Assembly: GCF_018977255.1 (NCBI RefSeq)
Contig: NW_024704743.1
Location: forward strand, 25,608,001-25,672,000
DNA: 64,000 nt
Direction: 5' to 3'
From: Callorhinchus milii
Lineage: Eukaryota
This document shows, piece after piece, positions 52,759-64,000 of the stretch. The position numbers were made by a program, and so were the translations under genes. The notes under the pieces were generated by a model. It worked only from the letters and a program-made list of their open reading frames with translations, was not told the DNA's origin and did no database searches. Position 1 is the stretch's first letter. Every line of letters begins with the position of its first letter.

Positions 52759-53252
52759 TCAAACCATTGTTTGATTCTGAGGGTTTTAGATTTCAAGGTT
52801 AGAAAAAAGAATTAAACTTTGTCGTTCGCTCACAACCTCCAGTGTTGAAAAGGATTAAGGGTGTCAAGAAGTCTCCAGCCATATCTGTTACTTGGAACAG
52901 TATCTAAGCTCGCTCTGCCAATAAACTGTTAAGAATACAGGGCTGTGTGATTCATCTGCTAGTTTAGTAGCATTTCATATTTAGGACAGTGGGTAATTTA
53001 TAGCCGTGCCCCAGTAATAAATCTGATTATACGGTATGGATTATATCAATAACTGAAGTGCTGCAGGATAAATGTTTATTTAGATATGAGAGTGTTAATA
53101 CATTGTATGGCACCGTTCATCCAAGAAGCACAGAGTGTTTGGGTGAGGAAGCAAAGCTACAGAGTGAGAGTCTAAGCAGGTTACGTGGTTACTCTGTAAA
53201 GTAATGGCAAGACCACGTGAGGTGGTGGTGTGATATCCAGTAGTGAATGTAA

Positions 53253-53570
53253 GCTTGGCTCAGTGATAGTACTCTCACCTCTGAGGCTGTGGTTCAAGTC
53301 CCACGTTGTGACTTGAACTCACGTAGTCCCGGGCTGACACTCCAGTGCAGTGCTGGGTGTGTGTTGCATTGTCAGAGGTGCCGACCTTTCGATGAAATGT
53401 TAAACCGAGGTCCCGTCTGCTTGTTCAGGTGGACATTAAAGATCCCATGGCACTATTCAAGAGAAGGTAATTTCTCCCCTTCCCCGGTGTCCTATCCAAT
53501 AATCCCCAAAATAAAATTGGTCATTCATTTCAACCGCTGTTCGTGGGACATTGCTGTGGGAAATTGTGAG
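53253..53570 (+). mobile_element. Deu-domain SINE
   Basis: gatgaaatgttaaaccgaggtcccgtctgcttgttcaggtggacattaaagatcccatggcactatt, the clearest Deu-type body in the window. Confidence 0.85.
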
Positions 53571-53894
53571 CATAGTTCCACAGGACTGCTGTGTTGTGAG
53601 TGAACTTGCCCTCTACCGGAGGCATTTATAATGGGGTCATCCTGTATATAAAGGCATAAAATTAGAATTATGATGTGATTATTTACAGTAAGTCCTGTGA
53701 AATGCTTTGAGATGTCTCGACGACGTGATAAGGCATTATATCAAATGCAAGGGTTATTTATTATAAGACACATGAAGGGTATTATACGACTGCAAGTTGT
53801 TGAATTGATTTGCAAAGCCTAGCTGGGAAGACAAAACCACACAAATAATGACTAATCTGGAACTGAAGTGGAGAGTGCAGTGTTATCAGCACAG

Positions 53895-54450
53895 AAATAA
53901 TAAGCTTACATTTGTATAGCATTTATAACCTCAAAGTATCTCAAAGCACTGTATAGTAGTTATTGTCAATCTAGTGTCTGTTTTTTTTAATAAATAAAAA
54001 GGACTGCCCATTTTATGCACAGCAAACTCCTACAAACAGCCATGAGGTGAATGAGTAAATTTTTCTGGAGTACTGTTGTCCAGGACACCCTAAAGCCACT
54101 CCTTTCTCTTTTCAAATAGTGACATGGGTCTTTTAGCATCTGTTTGAGTAGAACCGTGGTTTAAGGTAGTGCTGGCCAACATTTTCTTGATCGAATATTT
54201 CTTGATGTATGCCATAAATCCAGAAATATTCAATCAAGAAGAACCTGAAAACACATTGCTGATTGAACATGGTCTTACTCAGTTCCGTGCGAATGTTCGG
54301 TGGGGCAGGGCACGTCTTGATGGCCCAAGGGGCCATTTTTGACCCGGGCCACAGGTTGACCACCACTGGTTTAAGATCTCATCCAAAGGACTACATCTCC
54401 GATAATACAGTGTGTCCCCAGCACTGGACTGGAATATCAGCCTGGACACA
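53895..54450 (-). mobile_element. Deu-domain SINE interrupted by a hAT MITE
   Basis: SINE sequence resumes on both sides of 54167-54368. Confidence 0.65.
54167..54368. mobile_element. hAT MITE
   Basis: TIRs tagtgctggccaac / gttgaccaccactg (11 of 14 match); 8-bp TSD gtttaagg / gtttaaga. Confidence 0.75.
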
Positions 54451-57400
54451 TTGGTCAAAGTCCCACAGTAAACAAATCCTCAACTTTGACTACCATTAAC
54501 ATCTTGCCTGTGCCCCCAGGCAAAATCACTGCTTTTTTTTATTACTTCAGCTACACCAGAGAGTACTGGGAAGATTTTTCTGATGTAAACAAATGTTTCC
54601 AGGTATTTGCTTAAATCTGTCTTTAAGCCAAGTCTCTTGGCTTGGAAGTTTATTGTGGAGCATTTATAGTGTATGGGTTTACATTGACACTGTTATCTTG
54701 GAGTGAAATAAGTAAACCTTTGCACCTGCATAAAGTTGTACAATGTAGATGGAATATTGCTAGTATGAAGCTTCAATATAGGCTTAGAGTCTTTAGTGCG
54801 AAACATATTCTTATTTGTATAAGAATTCTTGTAACATATGTTAGTATTATTATCTATTTGTGTGGTTTTGTCTTCCCAGCTAGGCTTTGCAAATCAATTC
54901 AACAACTTGCAGTCGTATAGTACCCTTCATGTGTCTTATAATAAATAACCCTTGCATTTGATAGAACACCTTATCACGTCGTCGAGACATCTCAAAGCAT
55001 TTCACACAGGACATACTGTAAAGTGTAGTGACTATGTATTTTGTGGGCAAAATATCCTCTTGATTCATTCTCCTCTTGCAGGGAGAGGTGATATTCTAAT
55101 TCATATCAAAAATGGATTGTGTTATTCATTTGTTTGAATGAATTGGGAGTCAGGCAAATCACAATTAGTTACCATATATTTATTTGTTTATTTATTTATT
55201 GTTCAGCTGGGTGTTTGATACATGTGGAAAACTCATCACCACACTTAAGTGTATCCAAATCAAACATGGAAATTCCTGCGATAACCATCAATTTACTACA
55301 AGTAGGTTTCACTCTGCATTATAATTGTAAATATTATGGATGGAATATGTGTTTGTCTTTTTAGATACTCTCTTGATATATGAAACATTATTTCCCAAAT
55401 AGCTTTTAGTTGGACATTTCACTAAACAATTCACAGGTGATACACAATAAAAACAATGTAATAAATATCAGCAGAGTAACAGTAGCACTTGAGGTAATGG
55501 ATACATTGTTTAACAGCCAGTAATAAAAAGCCGAAAAGATAGGAACAGAGAGTAAAGCAAGAGATTAGCCAACCTAGCAAATGCTTTTACTTTTAATAAT
55601 TATTTTTGGTCCTTTTGATAGTGTTCCTCACCCCCACCCCCACTCCCCCCCCCCCCCCGCCCCCGCCAAAAGCCATCATTGAGCTCAGCTCCTCTGGGCC
55701 TGGCTTGTATCATCGTGCTGCTGTCATGGGTGAAACCCTCTTGCTGGTCATTTATCGAACCCCCTTGGTACAGGAAAGACCAGTGTTTCTGTCAGTGGTC
55801 TCGCTGTAGCCATGTTATCTATTGCCAGGGAGAAATTTTACTCAAGAGTTTTATCTTATGTTGATCGGATGAGTCAAAGGCCCCTTCTGCCTGTTCAGGT
55901 GGATGTTAAAGATCCTTTAGCATGATTCAAAAAGAGTAGGTAGCCCCTCCCGGTGTTCTTGCTAACACAAGTTATTAATCTTGTGAAACACTTTGAATTG
56001 CTCTCATTGTTAAAAGTGTGATATCAAATGCAGGGATTATTCTTAAAATGACTTCTTCCCGAAACCTTAAGTTGCCTGTGTCCTTCTTTGCAATCTGGCT
56101 GGATTGAAGCTCATCTGTATGTCTGAACTGAACAAGTGAATACATATGCAATACAGCATTCCTGTGCCACACAATGATTCACTGTCGCTGAACTGTGACA
56201 TAACTGTGTAAATGTTTACTGCAAAACTTGCTCTCATTAGTACACTGTTAAGAATGTGACTTTGTCTCATTTTGAAGTGAATAGTGCTCAGTCTAACCAA
56301 ATAGCAGTAAATAACAATCTGAAGGCTGGAGAGTGGGTTGAAGGAGGAAAGTGAAGGATTGCTTCATTTAAGTAATAACATCCAATAATGTGTAAAGTAC
56401 TAGGGGGATTTAGGATTACAGGCTACCACAGGTAAGAGTCCTCCACATAATGCTGTAAAATCCAAACACTATTTCCAGTTTACAAAGAGCTGCATTTTCT
56501 ACCTCCATTTGCTGCAGATGTAAACAGATTACATAACATTTTTAAATTCTCGTTACTCTTAATTTCCACTTGTTTTTCCTTATTTTCTGTTTCTCTTTTC
56601 CCTGGGCTAAGGACTGCTGGGGATTGTCAGAACTGTTTGGAAATCTACTTCTCAACCTCTTAATTCTGCTGTGAGCGGGCAGCTTAGAGGTGTGTGAGAG
56701 AGACCCAGCGAGTGGGTGACTAATGCTCCCTTCACCATGGTGTACTCCACCCAGCTCTTCCTCACAGTGTAGTGATTGAAGTCAGGAGATACAATACTTC
56801 AGAAATTTACATTTATATAACACCTTTCATGTCGGGATGAGGTTCTAAGATCCTTAACAGTCCTTGCTTGGCACTCGATATTCCAAAGCAGAGAAGGTTT
56901 GGAGGGGAAAGATGATTGAAAGCGTGGTTAAGTAGATTGTGAGAAGAGTTTGAATGATGTGAGGTAGCTCTTGAGACGAGCTTGAATGACATGAGGTGAG
57001 AGAGCGAGTTGGAGGGACTCTGGGATTGAGTTCCAGAGAGTGAGTGCCAAAAGTATGAAAGCTAGGGAGTGACAGTGTTGGGCATGCTCGGTGATGCTCT
57101 ATTACTAAGCTTAACAGCAGATCAAACACAAAACAAATTACCCTGAGGCGAGATGAAGATTAGAAATGTCTTTTTCCCTAAGGGAGTACTACATCTATGG
57201 AATATACTCTTGTTGAACGCAGTTTGAAGCAGTGCCAGGTAAGTACTTTAAGCAAGGATACTGATGTACATAGTTTCACTATTGCCATTATAATATTGCT
57301 ACTTCGACGACTTGCAACGGTGGCATGAAGCTAGAGACGCTGGCATTTTCCGAGCCTCCACTACTGTTAGACTCTGGATGTTCGGTAGACCTCTTGCAGC

Positions 57401-58020
57401 AGCTGACAGTCGGTACCCTTGTGAATAATTTGACGTTGTTGCATTAGTGTGGCAGTGACGTCAGACTGGAAGCATCATAATCCCAATTTTTGTGATTCTT
57501 TACCCAAATAGTGACGGCACAGGGCAGGCCGAGAGACAGCCTGAAAACAAGATACTGTGCACTCTGCCTCTTATTTCCTTTGCAGTTACACTGGCGGTAT
57601 TTGGGCTGCAGATTGTAAAAAATGAATGGTTCATGTGCAAGTGATGTTATGCGTGTGCACAGAGAACGTCCTCCCCTCTGGCACTTGTTATCCCCACCCC
57701 AAAATAGGCTTTTGGGAGATTTGGTGGCGGAAAAAACGACTTTTTCATGTTCTGAGTTGCCTTCTGAGGCAAATCCATTATGCGATGTAAAGCGTTCACC
57801 TTCAAAGTAAACAGTCACTTCACTTTACAGTACATTTCATGAAGCGCTTTGAGACATCCTCCTAACCCGAACATTGCTATATGAAATGCAAAATTTATTG
57901 TTGTCATCATGTAAAAGTTGCATAAGAATGTTTTTTTGCAAGTTAAAGGGATGTGCAGAAACAGTTGATCAAGGATCCTATGAAACATAATGAGACCATA
58001 GAAATCACCGTGAAATCACC

Positions 58021-58200
58021 ACTCAGCAGGTCAGGCAGCATCTATGGAGAAAGGAAAGTGAATCAACATTTCGATCTGACGAAGGGTTCTGCACCCGAAA
58101 CGTTGACTCACTTTCCTTTCTCCATAAATGCTGCCTGCCCTGCTGAATGTTCCCAGCGACTTCTGTTTTTGTTTCAGATTTCCAGCATCTGCAGTATTTT
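58021..58200 (+). mobile_element. Short palindromic Penelope-derived element
   Basis: Same sequence as the terminal repeats at 34362 and 35450, folded back on itself; flanked by the 15-bp direct repeat tgagaccatagaaat (57991-58005, 58207-58221). Confidence 0.8.
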
Positions 58201-60299
58201 ACATTGTGAGACCATAGAAATGTTGTGTGGAATGTAGCTGGTGAGGGTGTGAAAAAAGATTTATATGGTGGATTGACAATCTGGAAGTTAACTTGCTTTT
58301 CTTCCCTGTCGCATTATATCTTGGAAATGTATCTGCTGTCATTTACTTCCCTCGGGATATTTAATTCTGGGAGCCTGAGGGTCGATCGTAACATACCTTT
58401 TGAATGTTGTTTTCCTGCTCTTTATCCTTTGGGTGGGATGTTAAACCCTGTCTGCCTGTTCAGGTGGATATTAAAGATCCCAAAGCACGAAAAAAGGCAG
58501 TTTCTCCAAGTGTCCCTGCCAATAATGCCTCCAATAAAATGGGTCACTCACTTCAAGGCTGCTTGTGGAAAATTGGCAACTACGTTCACATTTTGACAAT
58601 GCGATGCATTATATTAAATGCAAGGATAATTATCTTAACTTTCCCGCTGCAATAATCTATTCGACCACATCATTAAAAAGCTGAAGTGACCCTTGTGTCA
58701 GTAGGACTCAACAAAGGCTAAGTTTCCTCACAGTAACCGTGAAGCCACTTGTAGTGCCCCACCTACTTCAATAAGTTGCACTTACAGTGCCTAATGGACA
58801 CACGGACTGTGACTTGAGCCTGAGTCTTCTGCTCTGTGTGGTCCACTGCTATGTGGCACCTTAAAGATTCTTGAGTCCCTGATGTGATGATTGCAACCAC
58901 TGTAAGAATAAGGCCTGTGCTGCAGACAATCTTATTATTGATGGACATTGCTTTGGAAGGACCTGCAGCACAAATTAGCAGTTGAAAGTGATAGATCATC
59001 TGACTGATAAGCTTCTGAGACAAACCTCCAACTAGACAAATCTGGGCATTTTAATATGACTGTCATGAGTTACATCTGTAGCACACTGTGCAGTTTGACG
59101 CTTTATTTTTGACAGCTGTTTGAGCAACATTTCTGGTGGGGCCCCATGACCCTCATCACATTGCATCCTCCTGATTAGGATCCTAAAATATAATTATCCC
59201 AAGACTCCAAACCTTCACAGATTTTTGTTTATTTATTTTAAATAAATCTGTAGCATTCTTCACTTTTGAGTCTTAACTGGATATAAGATGGGATTTGGCC
59301 CATTTTTTTTGTTTTGAAAAAGAACTAATTTACCAATTCTCTTGCGGCTTAAAATAAATTGTTCTGCTTTTTTTTAAGAAAAGCAAAAAAAAAAAGCAAC
59401 AAGCATTTTTTTTAAAAGAACTTTTTGACCCTTCTTCTGAACTAACTGTTGGTCACTTTGAATAGTGCCATTGGATCTTTAATGTCCACTTAAATAGGCA
59501 CAGCCCTAGAATGTCAGCCTGAACAGTCAGTTAAGAGCCTAACGTGGCACTTGAACCCATAGCTTTCTGACTCAGAAAAGAAAATGCTACCCTCGGAGTC
59601 AATTTGAGTGTTTGAGACATTTGACAGGGAGGAAGGAGGATGGGTGTCATAGCTGATCCCTACATTTTCCCAGTTCTGGGCATGTAGGTTTTAATGGTTG
59701 CGTAGTGCTGTAAGCTGCAATAAATTGAATGAAACAGGATAGCTTCCGAAAGCGTCTTGTTGTTTATTGAACGTTGTTGGTGCCGATTAGCTGATGTGTT
59801 TGCCTATGTAAAAACATTAGTTTAACTTCAGATTTTATTTCCAGTTGATTTTTATTCTGTAAAGTGCTGCAAACCATTTATGTTAATGGAAGTTGTTATT
59901 GTACATTAGTAAGTGAAACAGACTAGTTCAGACAAGACCACCTCAGGGCGGGGAGGTGCCTGTACGTTCCACAATCCTCCTGAGTTTTACAGTGTGGCTT
60001 TTGACGCAGGAGAGTGAAGGTTCGGATTCAGCCACTCCCAAAGTGACTGGAAAGGGGATTTGAATCTTTGGGATCCTGGAGATGATTAGAAGTGATTATG
60101 ACTTGTGTTTACCACAACGATTGCTTCATTAACACAGCTGATTCAGAGCTGGAGAGGATTTCCACATACAATGCACTCGAATGGAAGTTGATGCATCCTG
60201 TGTAGAATTAAACAGCTTTAACTGGTAGCAAGTGAGTACAGTACATACATCTATATAAAGCAGATAGCTTCTATTTTAAAACTCGCACTGTATAAAAAT

Positions 60300-60520
60300 C
60301 ACTTTCCTGGGGTAATAATCCCTCCCAAAAAAATAATAATAATTTGGCTACTCAATCCACGACTGTTTGTAGGCCCTGCTGTGCGCAATTGTCCTTGGCG
60401 TTTCACCCACAAAAATATACGGTCGATTCACTTTACAGTATATTTTGTGAAGCGCTTTGAGACGTCTCAACGATGTGATATGGCGCTATATCAAATGCAA
60501 GTATTATTATCATCATCATC
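60300..60520 (+). mobile_element. 3' half of a family A SINE
   Basis: ggggtaataatccc..caatccacgactgtttgt..caaatgcaag. Confidence 0.8.
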
Positions 60521-61891
60521 ACTTGTTTCGGGAGCAACGGACCTAGGACCAGAATGTTCTGGGTTTGATTCCTAGAGACTCCACTCAAACCGACCACTTT
60601 AAAACCTTTTGAAGCAACTACAATGAGAGGAACATCTTTAAAAATATGCTCCTTGAGGGAGAAATGAGTATGGGTCTCCATGAGGAGATATGCTTGCAAG
60701 GACAAGTACATAATCCCATGGCTCCTGATTTGAGACTCAAAAGCTTGGAGATACCCTACAGATTGTCAGCCAGAAACCCAACTAGTGGAGCAGTCATATA
60801 TGGATAAGGAATGTAAAATGTGCCAGTGCTTAATACTGGTAAGCCACACAGTTACCATTGTTTGTGCTTCCATTACAAGTGGCTTATCTGGAAAACCTCT
60901 TACATACCTACAGCCATATGTGAGGATGTCAAACGTGAGAACCCACCAGGGGATTTGATCTGGATTAAGTGGGAGTGCAAACATTTCTTGATATCCCACT
61001 GGAACTGAAAACAAGTCAGGACACACTCCAGTGATTTGAGCGGGACATCAAATATACCTCTTCCTCAACTCTCATTTCCCCAGAACCTTTAACCACTTGA
61101 GAATCTGAGGAACACCGCACTGGTACACTGAGACGACGACTGAGAACCTAGTCTTTTTTTAAAAGATGGACATGGGCTTTGAGACATCTCAATGACTTGA
61201 TAACGCTTTGTATCAAATGCAAGGATTATTATTGTAGTTAAACTGCTAAAATCTATGAAAAGAAATTCCTGTTTCTTGGTTTAAAGCATGGACGCTTGTG
61301 CTACTTGAATCACTATTATTTATGTATGCCACACCCCCACCCCCTCTCTCACGCTAGTCTCTCTGTTTCTCTAACCTTTTAGGCTAATGCAGTGCCCTGA
61401 CTGTAGGATCAGCAGCTCAGGATGTATGCTTGAACCACTCTCTGCCTCCTGCGCTCCCACCAGGTTGACAGACATTAATTGTTTTTAGAGTGTCCAAAAA
61501 AGACCAGACACAAAAAGCCCAGGTCTTAAAAGTACATTTTTAAAAGAAAACCATTCCAGCAAAAAAAAACTATTTTAATAACGTAAACATACCAATGGCT
61601 GCTTTATAAAATAAAGTGTCCAGTGTTGGGAGGTTTAATGTATAGAGTGATTCACTTCCAATGTCTATCTGTTTCACAATCCACCTCCTCCCCCTCAGTG
61701 GACTGTTCCATTGATGTCATGAGCTCTGTTTTAGCTATGCTTTGAGGATTATGGGTTTATCTCTGTGTATAATCTAGTGATAGGATTCACGCACACATCA
61801 GAACCGCATTAGGCGTCATTTCAGAATTCAGAGCTGAACAACAACAACAGAAATATAAAACGACTGTCAGAAACCTAAAGTTTTTTGGGCG

Positions 61892-62276
61892 AATAATAAT
61901 AATCCTTGCATTTGATCTAGCGCCTTTTCATATCGTTGAGATGTCTCAAAGCGCTTCACAGACTCTATTGTAAAGTGGATGGACTGTATTTTGTGGGTGA
62001 AATGCGGCAGGCAATTGCACACAGCTGTGTCTCACAAACAGTCGTGGATTGAGTGACCAAATTTCTTATTTGAGGGATTATTACCCCTCCCCCCCCCGGA
62101 AAGTGATCCACCAATCGACTAACAACCGGATTCCTACTTACTGCGAGATAAACAGAGGCATGTGGAGTAAGGAAACCTGCCTAAGGTTTTGCTGCACCCG
62201 GGAATCGAGCCGGGGTTCTCTTGGTTGAGGGGTGCTCTCGGAGGCGAGCGCACTAACCATTAAGCTACGAGACTCC
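61892..62276 (-). mobile_element. Full-length tRNA-derived SINE (family A)
   Basis: Tail, body and head in reverse orientation. Confidence 0.85.
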
Positions 62277-62675
62277 GCAAGTTTGGCACGATCAGAGTTG
62301 AGAAGCCCCTTTTTATAGGGGTGGGGGAAGAACTCGCTGGTCAGGACATCCTATAGAAAATCTCTATGTCTACTCTGCCCTAACCTCGGAAGAGCACTCC
62401 ATCTGGTACAGTATAATGTTAAATCAGATTCACTTTACAAGATCTGCAGTGTAGTATATGTAACAGAATGAGAGAGAATTATTGTAGCTGAGAGTCACAA
62501 AGCGGTAATGCTGTGGACGTGCAGACAGATGATTGCCGATTTATATTGGATGACAATTGGATCCTTCTAAATCCGAAGCTTGAATATTGAAGTCTATATC
62601 CGGTGTTGGCAATCAGCCGACACCAGTAGGTAGCCAGGGATTGGGACCATGTGACCAGTGGACAAATTAAATTTT

Positions 62676-63110
62676 ACTTTTTGGTCATCCAGGTGTCTGG
62701 CACACGCAGAAACCCATAACTATGCTCAAAAGTGCCAGACTGAAGGTTCCATGCATCCCATCCCCACATGGAAATTTCCTTATCTGGAATGGAATGTACT
62801 ACCTCTTCCCTGGAGGAAACTGGAGAATATTAGGAGCAGGTTGGCAAGAGCCAAGGCTTGAGGACCCCAGAGTGTGCGTTGGGGTACTGCTGGAGTTCAA
62901 TCAGCACAAGCCACATAGCTTGCCTTTGAAGGTACCATCTGGCAAGCTGTCCCACTACTTGTCCAGCTAGGACCATCCTACCTTTTAGGGTTTTGGCTTG
63001 CAGGGCCAACAGGAGATGAGTGTGAGTATTCCCTGCTCCCTCCCAAGTCCTGCCGATGAGCCAGGCTGACTGTGCTGTCACCAGCTGTGCCCTGGAATAC
63101 TGCAGACCCG
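62676..63110 (-). mobile_element. Longest copy of the poly(A)-tailed non-LTR 3' end
   Basis: Minus frames give VSLAHRQ and WDSLPD, like the SLxHRR and WNSLP motifs near the end of CR1/L2-group ORF2. Confidence 0.55.
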
Positions 63111-63260
63111 CCTGGCTCAGGAACCAGACAACCGAGACCAAGACAGAGGACTGGCTCAATTCTAATAATCTGTTGCCAAACATGTCACCTTGGAGCCAGT
63201 TCAGCTCCAAGGAGACCCCGCTTACCTCCCCCAAGGACGATGGTCACTAGTTGATCATAT

Positions 63261-63601
63261 GGAGTCCTGTAGCTCAGTGGTTAGAACGCTCGCCTTGCAA
63301 TCGAGAGGACCTGGGTTCGATTTCCGGCCTAGGCAAAATTTTGGGCAAGTTTCCTTACTCCACACTGCTCTGTTTACCAGCAGTAAGTAGGAACTCGGTT
63401 GTTAGTTGATTGGTAGATTGCTTTATTTGAAAGGGTAATAATCCCTTCAAAATAAACCAATAAAATAATATTAATAAAAAATAATGCCGAGTTTCGCCCA
63501 CAAAATATACTATCAATTCACTTTACAATATATTCTGTGAAGTGCTTTGAGATGTCTCGAAGACATGATAAGGTGCTATATCAAATGCAAAGATTATTAT
63601 T
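63261..63601 (+). mobile_element. tRNA(Ala)-derived SINE (family A)
   Basis: ggagtcctgtagctcagtggttagaacgctcgccttgcaatcgagaggacctgggttcgat; tail present. Confidence 0.9.
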
Positions 63602-64000
63602 AAGTGGCTGAATTGCCAAAGGAATGTAGTACGGTCCAAGCTTGCTTGCGTTGGTGTCAATTCTAAGAACAGATTTGCAACAGATATTGCAGACATTGAT
63701 GCCATGTTTTGGAGATGAAGCACCCGCTTGTTTTTCGTCTGTGAAGGTAGGGGTCATTCTAAGTGCAAGAAATTTATGTATGTTTTGTGAAAACAGCAAT
63801 GAAACATGGCTGAGAACACCACGTGGTCACAAACTGTAAGTCGCTGTGTTAAGAGCGATACCAGTTTGCGACTGAAATTGCTTGAACCAAAAACAAAACT
63901 GCGAATAAATCGTGATATTGAAGGCTGGACAATAAATTAATATTGATCTTTAGTTTGATGTTATGTCTTTGGATCGAGAGCATGACTTGTGTGTTTTGTA

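Noticed and set aside
61358..61470. Possible cassette exon after tctctgtttctctaaccttttag
   Set aside because: The CTAAC is too close to the AG, phase-1 reading hits TAA at once, and the following donor is weak.
63188..63212. Hairpin ccttggagc-cagttca-gctccaagg as an iron-responsive element
   Set aside because: Loop is not CAGUGN, there is no C bulge, and it is intronic next to retroelement debris.
43859..64000. KCC exon 2 (GDGNP.ENSPF..)
   Set aside because: No acceptor followed by such a peptide was found by eye; it probably lies beyond the window. A tblastn with KCC4 would settle it.
1..64000. CRISPR array or other prokaryotic/viral system
   Set aside because: Recurring short sequences are dispersed SINE/LINE tails, not regularly spaced repeats; no operon-like gene density.

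Overview
Vertebrate non-coding DNA, dense in repeats. The repeat set (Deu-domain SINEs with L2-type tails, L2 and CR1 fragments, a Penelope-like element) suggests a cartilaginous fish; this is inference. The only host coding signal is the 5' end of a + strand K-Cl cotransporter gene, most likely SLC12A7/KCC4. Its first coding exon is 7957-8068 (MPTSFTVLPVE..., phase-1 GT donor), behind a CpG-rich promoter, and is followed by a very long intron 1; I did not find exon 2 in the window. About 36 kb into that intron is a candidate internal promoter (CACCC/GC boxes, TATAAA, Inr-like site) with a short phase-1 first exon (MNEQDGSSQ-G|gtgagt), which would give a KCC2b-like short-N-terminus isoform. 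The intron also holds Penelope-like repeats with minimal hammerhead-ribozyme-like motifs, two SINE families sharing a LINE-2 3' stem-loop, hAT MITEs, and several local direct and inverted duplications. No prokaryote-type system (CRISPR, operon) is present. Repeat boundaries were read by eye and are approximate; family names are from recall, not a database search.
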